From an uncultured Methylibium sp. (lineage in GTDB: Bacteria; Pseudomonadota; Gammaproteobacteria; Burkholderiales; Burkholderiaceae_C): a stretch of DNA of 64,000 bases. The stretch lies in contig NZ_CADEFR010000011.1 in assembly GCF_902826655.1 (NCBI RefSeq), positions 28,214 to 92,213 of the forward strand, written 5' to 3'. Both the position numbers and the translations under genes were made by a program. Below, in pieces: positions 1-7,218 of the stretch. Each line of letters begins with the position of its first letter. Position 1 is the stretch's first letter. Under the pieces are notes generated by a model. That model was not told where the DNA came from. It saw only the letters and a program-made list of their open reading frames with translations, and searched no databases.

Positions 1-718
1 CGAACCCTACCGCATGTTCACGAGCCGCGCCGAGTTCCGGCTGCAGCTGCGCGAGGACAACGCCGACCTGCGTCTGACGGACGCCGGGCGGCAACTGGGC
101 CTGGTCCACGACGAACGCTGGGCGGCTTTCAACCGAAAGCGCGATGCTGTTTCACGTGAAACCGAGCGCCTGAAGTCGACCTGGGTGAATCCGAGAATCC
201 TGCCGGCCGACGAGGCGGAGCGTCTGCTGGGCAAGGCGCTCGAGCACGAATATTCGCTGACCGATCTGCTGCGCCGGCCCGGCGTCGGTTTCGACGTCGT
301 CGCCGAGATCGCGCGGCTCGCCCAGCCGCGGCGGACCGCCCCCGGCGCCGAGGCTTCTGCACCGACCGATCGCGCCGCCCTGAGAGGCGAGTTGGGCGGC
401 CCGCTCGCTGACGCCGTGATCGAGCAACTGGAGATCGCGACCAAGTACGCCGGCTACATCGACAAGCAGAATGACGACGTCGAGCGAGCGTCGCACTACG
501 AAAACCTGCGCCTGCCCGACGCCTTGGACTACCGCGAGGTCGCGGCCTTGAGCCACGAGGTGCGGCAGAAGCTCCAGACGCAGCGGCCGCAGACTCTCGG
601 TCAGGCTTCTCGCATCTCGGGCGTGACCCCGGCCGCGATCTCGCTGCTGCTGGTCCATCTGAAGAAGGGCCGGTTCCACGGATTCGTCGCCAAGGACCGC
701 TCCGGTGCCGCCGCATGA
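1..718 (+). CDS. mnmG: tRNA uridine 5-carboxymethylaminomethyl modification enzyme MnmG (GidA), C-terminal fragment; 5' end lies outside the window (reading frame starts at nt 2)
   Basis: Translation from nt 2 reads [26 protein letters not shown]..., the conserved MnmG C-terminal block. The TGA at 716-718 overlaps the rsmG ATG (ATGA). This is the classic mnmG-rsmG-parAB synteny. Confidence 0.95.
   Translation, partial: EPYRMFTSRAEFRLQLREDNADLRLTDAGRQLGLVHDERWAAFNRKRDAVSRETERLKSTWVNPRILPADEAERLLGKALEHEYSLTDLLRRPGVGFDVVAEIARLAQPRRTAPGAEASAPTDRAALRGELGGPLADAVIEQLEIATKYAGYIDKQNDDVERASHYENLRLPDALDYREVAALSHEVRQKLQTQRPQTLGQASRISGVTPAAISLLLVHLKKGRFHGFVAKDRSGAAA
148..163. promoter_or_regulatory. parS-like centromere site TGTTTCACGTGAAACC (15/16 match to the TGTTNCACGTGAAACA consensus), inside the mnmG coding sequence
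   Basis: Read directly from the sequence (gcTGTTTCACGTGAAACCgag). The inner 14 nt, GTTTCACGTGAAAC, form a perfect palindrome. parA and parB lie 2-6 kb downstream. Confidence 0.6.
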
Positions 719-1383
719 GCGGTGTCGCTGACGATCCAGGGCTGGCAGCGCGGCTGCGTGACGGGGCCGAAGAGCTCGGGATCGCGCTGGACACGGCTCA
801 GCAGCAGCAGCTGTTGCGTTATCTGTCGCTGATCGTCCAGTGGACCCGCGTCTACAACCTCACCGCCGTCCGCGATCCTGCGCAGATGCTGACGCAGCAT
901 CTGCTCGACAGCCTGGCCGTGGTCGCTCCCTTGCGCCGGATGACGGGCGGCCGGCCGGCGACTTTGCTCGATGTCGGCAGCGGCGCGGGCTTGCCGGGCA
1001 TCGTCGTCGCAGTGGCTTGCCCCGAGATCTCGGTGACCTGCGTCGACGCGGTCGGCAAGAAGGCGGGCTTCATCCGGCAGGTCGGGGCAGAGCTTGGGCT
1101 CGAGCATCTTGTCGCCGTGCATGCGCGCGTCGAAGACGTGACCGGGCAGTGGGACATCGTCGTGTCTCGGGCTTTCTCGTCGCTGGAAGACTTTGCCCAT
1201 CTGACGCGGCGCGTGCTGGCCCCGGGCGGGCACTGGATGGCGATGAAGGGGCGCGCTCCCGACGACGAACTGGCAGTTCTCCCGTCCGACATCGTTGCGT
1301 TTCACGTGGAACCGCTGCGGGTTCCCGGTCTCGACGCCGAACGCTGCATCGTCTGGATGCGTTCCAGCTTGACCGCAGCATGA
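715..1383 (+). CDS. rsmG: 16S rRNA (guanine527-N7)-methyltransferase RsmG (GidB)
   Basis: 222-aa ORF with the SAM-binding motif [14 protein letters not shown] and the typical RsmG N-terminus ([24 protein letters not shown]). It is coupled to the mnmG stop. Confidence 0.93.
   Translation: MSGVADDPGLAARLRDGAEELGIALDTAQQQQLLRYLSLIVQWTRVYNLTAVRDPAQMLTQHLLDSLAVVAPLRRMTGGRPATLLDVGSGAGLPGIVVAVACPEISVTCVDAVGKKAGFIRQVGAELGLEHLVAVHARVEDVTGQWDIVVSRAFSSLEDFAHLTRRVLAPGGHWMAMKGRAPDDELAVLPSDIVAFHVEPLRVPGLDAERCIVWMRSSLTAA
1298..1313. promoter_or_regulatory. Degenerate parS-like site CGTTTCACGTGGAACC (13/16 to consensus) inside rsmG
   Basis: Read directly from the sequence. The core GTTTCACGTGGAAC differs from the 148-163 site by one A-to-G change within the 14-nt palindrome. 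Confidence 0.35.
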
Positions 1384-1387
1384 ATAG

Positions 1388-1418
1388 ACCAGAAAATTCA
1401 ACCAGTCTGTTTTCTGGT
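1388..1418. promoter_or_regulatory. AT-rich inverted repeat (ACCAGAAAA N13 TTTTCTGGT) in the rsmG / antitoxin intergenic region; candidate TA promoter-operator
   Basis: A perfect 9-bp inverted repeat lies in the only AT-rich stretch of this region, 17 nt upstream of the antitoxin ATG (1435). Type II antitoxins commonly autoregulate through such palindromes. Confidence 0.35.
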
Positions 1419-1434
1419 TTGAATTCTGCCCGCT

Positions 1435-1683
1435 ATGCCCCGTTCCAGCGTCGGCGCCTTCGAGGCCAAGACCCATCTTTCGGCCCTGCTCGAACGGGTC
1501 GAGCATGGGGAAGAGTTCGTGATCACGCGGCACGGCCGGGCGGTCGCGCGCTTGCTGCCCGCGGCGCCATCGGCCGACCCGTCGGTGGCCGATGCCGTGG
1601 CCCGGCTGCGCGAGCTGCGCGCCAGCTTGAACCTGGGTCCGGCCGACTGGCAGGCCCTGCGCGGCCCGAATCGCGCCCCATGA
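1435..1683 (+). CDS. Type II antitoxin, Phd/YefM family
   Basis: 82-aa ORF beginning MPRSSVGAFEAKTHLSALLERVEHGEEFVITRHGRAVARLLP, a typical Phd/YefM N-terminal fold signature. Its stop overlaps the start of the PIN toxin gene (ATGA at 1680-1683). Confidence 0.85.
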   Translation: MPRSSVGAFEAKTHLSALLERVEHGEEFVITRHGRAVARLLPAAPSADPSVADAVARLRELRASLNLGPADWQALRGPNRAP

Positions 1684-2096
1684 GCGCCGTGGTGCTCGAC
1701 GCAGCCGCGGCGCTGGCCTGGTGCTTTGCCGACGGCCCCGGCGCGACCGGCGATGCGCTGCTGGACCGCGTCGCCCGCGATGGCGCGGTGGTGCCGGCGG
1801 TGTGGCACGTCGAGCTCGCGAAGCTGCTGCTCGCGGCCGAGCGCGATGCGCGGATGACCGCCGCGCAGGTCAGCAGCGTCGTCGACAGCGTCGGGCGCCT
1901 GCCGATCAGCATCGAGGGCGTCGCGACGCCGCGGCACTGGAACGACGCCCTGCATCTGGCGCGGCAGCACGGCCTGGCCGTGCACGAGGCCTGCTACCTG
2001 GACCTGGCCATGCGTCGCCGGTTGCCGCTGGCCACGCCCGTCGTCGAGCTGCAGCGCGCCGCGCGCGACAGCGGCGTCGACCTGATCGAACTCTGA
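1680..2096 (+). CDS. vapC: Type II toxin, VapC-like PIN-domain ribonuclease
   Basis: 138 aa starting MSAVVLDAAAALAW. PIN acidic residues sit at the expected spacing (D6, E in HVELAKLL, D in CYLDLAM). The start at 1680 is in frame with the long artefactual ORF 840..2096. The gene is translationally coupled to the antitoxin. Confidence 0.85.
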   Translation: MSAVVLDAAAALAWCFADGPGATGDALLDRVARDGAVVPAVWHVELAKLLLAAERDARMTAAQVSSVVDSVGRLPISIEGVATPRHWNDALHLARQHGLAVHEACYLDLAMRRRLPLATPVVELQRAARDSGVDLIEL

Positions 2097-2110
2097 CTCC
2101 CTCGCGACGC

Positions 2111-2884
2111 ATGGCCAAGATCTTCTGCATTGCCAACCAGAAAGGCGGCGTCGGCAAGACGACCACCGCCGTCAATCTCGCGGCCGGCCTGGCGCATGTC
2201 GGGCAGCGCGTGCTGCTGGTCGACCTCGATCCCCAGGGCAATGCCACGATGGGTTCGGGCATCGACAAGCGCGCGCTGGAGCTGTCCGTCTACGACGTGC
2301 TGCTGGAGTCCGCGTCGATCGCCGAAGCCCGGCGGCGCGCCGACAAGGCGGGCTACGACGTTCTCGGCGCGAACCGCGAGCTGGCCGGCGCCGAGGTCGA
2401 GCTGGTGGCCCTCGAGCGGCGCGACCAGCGGCTCAAGACAGCGCTGGCGGCGACGGACGCCGAGTACGACCTCGTGCTCATCGATTGCCCGCCTTCGCTC
2501 AGCCTGCTGACGCTGAACGGCTTGTGCTCCGCGCACGGCGTGGTGGTGCCGATGCAGTGCGAGTACTTCGCGCTCGAGGGCCTGTCGGACCTGGTCAACA
2601 CCATCAAGCAGGTCCACGCGAACCTCAATCCGGAGCTGCAGATCATCGGCCTGCTGCGCGTGATGTTCGACCCGCGCATCACGCTGCAGCAGCAGGTCAG
2701 CGAACAGCTGAAGGCGCACTTCGGCGACAAGGTCTTCGACACCGTCATCCCGCGCAACGTGCGCCTGGCCGAAGCCCCCAGCTATGGCTTGCCGGGGGTC
2801 GTGTTCGACCCGCAGTCCAAGGGCGCGCAGGCCTTCGTCGAGTTTGCGCGCGAGATGGTGGCGCGGGTGGCCCAGCTGCGCTAG
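2111..2884 (+). CDS. parA: Chromosome partitioning ATPase ParA (Soj)
   Basis: MAKIFCIANQKGGVGKTTTAVNLA carries the deviant Walker A motif. LVDLDPQGNAT and VLIDCPPSL are also present. The ATG at 2111 is in frame with ORF 1721..2884. Confidence 0.95.
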   Translation: MAKIFCIANQKGGVGKTTTAVNLAAGLAHVGQRVLLVDLDPQGNATMGSGIDKRALELSVYDVLLESASIAEARRRADKAGYDVLGANRELAGAEVELVALERRDQRLKTALAATDAEYDLVLIDCPPSLSLLTLNGLCSAHGVVVPMQCEYFALEGLSDLVNTIKQVHANLNPELQIIGLLRVMFDPRITLQQQVSEQLKAHFGDKVFDTVIPRNVRLAEAPSYGLPGVVFDPQSKGAQAFVEFAREMVARVAQLR

Positions 2885-2905
2885 GAGGCGGCGCTGGCCT
2901 CGCAC

Positions 2906-3700
2906 GTGCCGCCGCTGCCGGGTCTGTCGCTGGACTTCGATGCCAGCCTGCTCGCGCGCATCGAGGACGCCGGGCTCAACGCCTCGGCCCCGCCCGAGCA
3001 GCGCGTGCTGGGCGGTTGGGTGCTGCGGCTGTCGCCCGGCAAGGCCAAGCGCGCACGCTGCGTGAACGCGCTCGCGGTGGGCCGCCTGCCGCTCGAGGAA
3101 CTGCTGCAGCGGGCCGAAGCGAGCTTCGCGCGGGCCGGGCTGCCGTTCATCGTGCGCATCACACCGTTCTCGCAGCCGGCGGATCTGGATGCGCGACTCG
3201 CGGCCCGCGGCCTGCCGCGCTTCGACGACACGCGGGTCATGGTCCGCATGCGACTCGACCCGACCCGGCCGATGGCGCTGCCGCCGGCCTGCGAGCTCGA
3301 GACCCCGGGCCACGGCAGCTTCGCCGACTTCGTCGGCCAGCTCCGCGGGTCGCCGCTCGCGCAGCGGCAGGCGCATGCCGAGCGGCTGCGGGCCTCGCCG
3401 GTGCCGTACACCGGGGTGCTGCTCAGGCGCGCCGGGCAGGCGCTGGCCTGCGGGCAGATGGCGATCGAGGACGACCTCGTCGGCCTCTACGACGTCTTCA
3501 CCGCGCCCGACGCGCGCGGCCAGGGCCTGGCGACGGCCCTGTGCACACACCTGCTGGCGCTCGCGCGGTCTCGCGGGGCGGCCTGCGCCTACCTGCAGGT
3601 CGACGCCGACAACGACCCGGCCCGAAGGCTGTACCGCCGACTCGGCTTCGAGGACGCCTACGCCTACCACTATCGCGGCAGCGATGCGGCGCTCGCCTGA
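2906..3700 (+). CDS. GNAT family N-acetyltransferase (two-lobed, about 264 aa); start uncertain (GTG 2906, or CTG 2894)
   Basis: The C-terminal part has a GNAT acetyl-CoA motif (VFTAPDARGQGLATALCTHLL ... RRLYRRLGFE). The ORF is in the same frame as parA, directly after its TAG stop. Confidence 0.8.
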   Translation: MPPLPGLSLDFDASLLARIEDAGLNASAPPEQRVLGGWVLRLSPGKAKRARCVNALAVGRLPLEELLQRAEASFARAGLPFIVRITPFSQPADLDARLAARGLPRFDDTRVMVRMRLDPTRPMALPPACELETPGHGSFADFVGQLRGSPLAQRQAHAERLRASPVPYTGVLLRRAGQALACGQMAIEDDLVGLYDVFTAPDARGQGLATALCTHLLALARSRGAACAYLQVDADNDPARRLYRRLGFEDAYAYHYRGSDAALA

Positions 3701-3800
3701 CGCTGACGGGAAGGGCGGCGCCCCGCAGCCGAGGGGCGCGGCGTGCGAGGCACTGCCTAGAATCGCGCCCGGCCACCGCCACGACGAGACCCACCCTCCC

Positions 3801-5342
3801 ATGCAGCACGCAGTACCGGATCGATCGGCAAGCTCCGGCACGCGGCGGGCCTGGGCTGCGCTGGCGACGGTCGTTCTCGTCGCCGGCTGCGGCGGAGGCG
3901 GTGGCGGCGGGAGCGCCGCATCGTCGCCGGCGCTCGCTGCGTCGGCCGACGCGCAGCACTGTTCGGCCAGCAACCCCTTCCGCTTCGATGCGACTGCAGC
4001 CACCAGCCCCGGCGACCTGGCGACGGAGAAGCGCTGGCTGCGCGCCTACATGGACGCGGCCTACCTCTGGTACCGCGAGATCCCGGTCGTCGACGCAGCG
4101 GCGCCCTCCTTCAGCGCCGACACCGCCGCGGGCTTCTACCCGTCGATCGACAACTACTTTGCGGCGTTGAAGACGCCGCAGGTCACCGTCAGCGGACGGG
4201 CCAAGGACGAGTTCAGCTTCACTTACCCGACGCGTCTGTGGCGGCAGCTCTCGCAGTCGGGCATCACGCTCGGCTACGGCATCGAGTGGAGCCTGCAGTC
4301 GGCGGCGCCGCCGCGCAACATCCGCATCGCCTACGTCGAGCCCAGTTCGCCGGCCGCGGACGCCGGCCTGCAGCGCGGCGACACGCTGGTGTCGGTCAAC
4401 GGGGTGTCGGCCGACGACGGCACGGATGCCGGGGTCGAGTTGCTGAACGCGGCCCTGTTCCCGACGGCCGTGGGGACCTATGGCTTCAACTTCAGCCGCA
4501 ACGGCAGCGCCCTGCCGGCGCAGGTCTTCACGGCCGGCTACATCGTCAAGCAGCCCGTGCTGCAGACGCAGGTTCTCGACGTCGGAGGCCAGCGCGTCGG
4601 CTACATCGTGTTCAACGATCACGTGATCCCGTCGGAGGCGCAGCTGATCGCCGCGGTCCAGACGCTGGCGGCGGTCGGCGTGAGCGACCTGGTGCTGGAC
4701 CTGCGCTACAACGGCGGCGGCTATCTCTACATCGCCAGCGAGCTGGCCTACATGATCGCCGGCCCGGCGCGCACGGCCGGCAGGGCGTTCGAGCGCCTCC
4801 GGTACAACGACAAGCGCAGCGCCGAGAACGTCACCGAGCCCTTCCGCAACGTCTCCTGCCTGCTGAACAGCAGCTTCAACTGCACCTCGGTCCAGCCGCT
4901 GCCGACGCTGGATCTCGGCCGCGTCTACGTGCTGGCGAGCGGCTCGACCTGCTCGGCCAGCGAGTCGCTGGTCAACAGCCTGCGCGGCGTCGATGTCGAG
5001 GTCCATCTGATCGGCGGCCGCACCTGCGGCAAGCCCTACGGCTTCACCGCCCGCGACAACTGCGGCATCTCCTACTTCCCGATCGAGTTCCAGGGCGTCA
5101 ACGACAAGGGCTTCGGCGACTACGCCGACGGCTTTGCGCCCGCCTGCGAAGCGGGGGACGACCTGAGCCAGCCGCTCGGTGCCGCGACCGAAGGCCAGCT
5201 GGCCGCGGCGCTGTACCTGCGCGCCAACGGCAGCTGCGCGCCGCCGGTCGCGGTCACGACCGGCAGCACGACGGCGCGCGCGCGCCTGATGCTGCGCGGC
5301 CCGGCGCGCGAGAACCGCATCTTCGCGCCGCAACTGCGCTGA
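3801..5342 (+). CDS. S41-family (C-terminal processing / tail-specific type) serine peptidase, lipoprotein
   Basis: Signal peptide with lipobox (VVLVAGC) followed by a Gly-rich linker. S41 signatures are DLRYNGGGY, the catalytic-Ser context GSTCSASE and the Lys context GGRTCGKPYG. The ATG at 3801 is in frame with ORF 3189..5342. Confidence 0.85.
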   Translation: MQHAVPDRSASSGTRRAWAALATVVLVAGCGGGGGGGSAASSPALAASADAQHCSASNPFRFDATAATSPGDLATEKRWLRAYMDAAYLWYREIPVVDAAAPSFSADTAAGFYPSIDNYFAALKTPQVTVSGRAKDEFSFTYPTRLWRQLSQSGITLGYGIEWSLQSAAPPRNIRIAYVEPSSPAADAGLQRGDTLVSVNGVSADDGTDAGVELLNAALFPTAVGTYGFNFSRNGSALPAQVFTAGYIVKQPVLQTQVLDVGGQRVGYIVFNDHVIPSEAQLIAAVQTLAAVGVSDLVLDLRYNGGGYLYIASELAYMIAGPARTAGRAFERLRYNDKRSAENVTEPFRNVSCLLNSSFNCTSVQPLPTLDLGRVYVLASGSTCSASESLVNSLRGVDVEVHLIGGRTCGKPYGFTARDNCGISYFPIEFQGVNDKGFGDYADGFAPACEAGDDLSQPLGAATEGQLAAALYLRANGSCAPPVAVTTGSTTARARLMLRGPARENRIFAPQLR

Positions 5343-5350
5343 GCTGCCGC

Positions 5351-5896
5351 ATGCCCGGGTCTTCCGCTGCGCTGCGCGTGCTGCTGCTGCCGGGCTGGCA
5401 GAACTCGGGCGATGCCCACTGGCAGAGCCGCTGGGAGCAGCTGTACGGCGACCATCGCGTCGACCAGAGCGACTGGATGACGCCGCGCCGAGGCGACTGG
5501 ATGGCGCGGCTGGAAGAAGTGCTGCTCGAGTCCGAGCCGCCGGTCCTGCTGGTGGCCCACAGCCTGGGCTGCCTCCTGGTAGCGGCCTGGGCCGCGCACA
5601 CCCGCCAGGCCGGTCGCGTGCGCGGCGCGCTGCTCGTCGCGCCGCCGGACGTCGAGCGCGAGGACATGCCGCCGCAGCTGCACGGCTGGAGACCGATCGC
5701 GCGGCGGCCCTTGCCGTTCGCAGCCACGACCGTGATCAGCACCGACGATCCCTACTCCAGCGCTGAACGGGCCGGCGCGCTGGCCGAGGCCTGGGGCGCC
5801 AGCCTCGTCGTCGCCGGACCGCGCGGCCATCTCAACGGCGAGTCCGGGCTGGGCGACTGGCCCGAGGGACGGTCGCTGCTGACGGCCTTGCGCTGA
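5351..5896 (+). CDS. RBBP9/YdeN-family alpha/beta serine hydrolase
   Basis: 181 aa. The sequence LLLPGWQNSGDAHWQSRWE ... LVAHSLGC (GxSxG nucleophile elbow) ... DDPY ... GHLN is typical of the YdeN family. The start lies 8 nt after the S41 stop. Confidence 0.8.
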   Translation: MPGSSAALRVLLLPGWQNSGDAHWQSRWEQLYGDHRVDQSDWMTPRRGDWMARLEEVLLESEPPVLLVAHSLGCLLVAAWAAHTRQAGRVRGALLVAPPDVEREDMPPQLHGWRPIARRPLPFAATTVISTDDPYSSAERAGALAEAWGASLVVAGPRGHLNGESGLGDWPEGRSLLTALR

Positions 5897-5941
5897 GCGG
5901 CGGCCTCGGAGCCCCGCAAGCCGCCCCGCTTGTCGGGGACA

Positions 5942-6856
5942 ATGAAGCGCATGGTCACCAAGAAACCCAAAGGCCTGGGGCTCGGCCTCGAGGCCCTGCT
6001 CGGGCCCAAGGCGCAGGACAAGCCGGCGGCGTCGGCCGCCGAGGCCGCGCCGAGCGCGCTCAAGCTCGATCGCCTGCAGGCCGGCAAGTACCAGCCACGC
6101 ACCCGCATGGACGAAGCCTCGCTGCTGGAGCTGGCCGACAGCATCCGCAGCCAGGGCGTGATGCAGCCGATCCTGGTGCGGCCGGTGGGCGACCCGAAGC
6201 AGGGCCGCTACGAGATCATCGCCGGCGAGCGCCGCTACCGTGCCGCGCAGATGGCCGGGCTGGGCGAGGTGCCGGTGCTCGTCAAGGACGTGCCCGACGA
6301 GTCGGCGGCGGTGATGGCGCTGATCGAGAACATGCAGCGCGAGGACCTGAACCCGCTCGAGGAGGCGCAGGGGCTCAAGCGACTGACCGACGAGTTCGGC
6401 CTGAGCCACGAGCAGGCCGCCCAGGCCGTCGGCCGATCGCGCAGCGCTGCCAGCAACCTGCTGCGGCTCTTGAACCTGGCAGAGCCGGTGCAGCAGATGC
6501 TGCTGGCCGGTGACCTGGACATGGGGCACGCCCGTGCGCTGCTGGCGCTGGACAAGGCGTCGCAGATCACCTCCGCGCACGAGGTCGTCGCCAGGCGCAT
6601 GACGGTGCGCGATGCCGAGAAGCTGGTGGCCCGCGCCGCCGCGCCCGGCCGGCAGACCCAGCTGCTGCGCGGCAAGCAGGCCAAGTCGCGCGACATCACG
6701 CGACTCGAGGAAGAACTCTCCGACCTGCTGACCGCAGCGGTCGAGGTGCGCGTCAAGAAACGCACGAAGCGCGGCGAACAGGGCGAAGTGGCGATCGCCT
6801 TCGGCTCGCTCGACGAGTTGTCGGGACTTCTCGACAAGTTGCGCGCCGGCCGCTGA
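5942..6856 (+). CDS. parB: Chromosome partitioning protein ParB (Spo0J)
   Basis: KGLGLGLEALL, the GERRYRAA arginine patch (CTPase motif) and a helix-turn-helix region (SHEQAAQAVGRSRSAASNLLRLL) are present. ATG 5942 is chosen; ATG 5951 is also possible, and the track ORF begins at TTG 5930. Confidence 0.92.
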   Translation: MKRMVTKKPKGLGLGLEALLGPKAQDKPAASAAEAAPSALKLDRLQAGKYQPRTRMDEASLLELADSIRSQGVMQPILVRPVGDPKQGRYEIIAGERRYRAAQMAGLGEVPVLVKDVPDESAAVMALIENMQREDLNPLEEAQGLKRLTDEFGLSHEQAAQAVGRSRSAASNLLRLLNLAEPVQQMLLAGDLDMGHARALLALDKASQITSAHEVVARRMTVRDAEKLVARAAAPGRQTQLLRGKQAKSRDITRLEEELSDLLTAAVEVRVKKRTKRGEQGEVAIAFGSLDELSGLLDKLRAGR

Positions 6857-7010
6857 GCCCGCGCACGCTGTCACACCCGCGCCAGCGCGGGACGGTGAAC
6901 CCGTGACGCGTGTCGCGCGTTGATGCAGACAGACGCCGGTTCGTCGATCGACGGAACCACCCCCGCGCGCCGGGGCTCCCAGACCACGGCTGGCGTGAAG
7001 CGCCGGAAAG

Positions 7011-7026
7011 GGGCATGCTAGTTGCA
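7011..7026 (+). promoter_or_regulatory. Candidate sigma-54 (-24/-12) promoter GGGCATGCTAGTTGCA upstream of prkA
   Basis: The sequence matches TGGCACG-N4-TTGCW at 14 of 16 positions, with the invariant GG (7012-7013) and GC (7024-7025) exactly 12 nt apart. It lies in the 362-nt parB-prkA intergenic region, about 190 nt upstream of the prkA ATG. Confidence 0.5.
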
Positions 7027-7218
7027 AGGGCCGGCCTCATGGGGCATCGTTCCGACAGCCAGGCAAAGACCCCGCTTCTGTTGCCCTCGGGGACGACAAG
7101 GATGCATGATCGTTGACACCGATCGATCGATGAAACCACAGGCAGCGCTGCACAGTGGCCTCCACCCCCGGCCGACCACGTGGCGACGCCGCCTCCTGAC
7201 CCAGGATTGGAGGACGCG

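Noticed and set aside
840-1679. N-terminal 280-aa extension of the VapC ORF; likewise 3189..3800 for the S41 ORF, 4238..5350 for the hydrolase ORF and 9799..10485 for the SpoVR ORF
   Set aside because: The extensions overlap well-supported upstream genes in other frames and are low-complexity. Internal ATGs that coincide with stop-start coupling or signal peptides were used instead.
1994-7027. Long minus-strand ORFs (1994..4003, 3498..5333, 5120..7027) opposite parA through parB
   Set aside because: These are composition artefacts. The plus-strand genes have clear Walker, GNAT, S41, GxSxG and ParB motifs.
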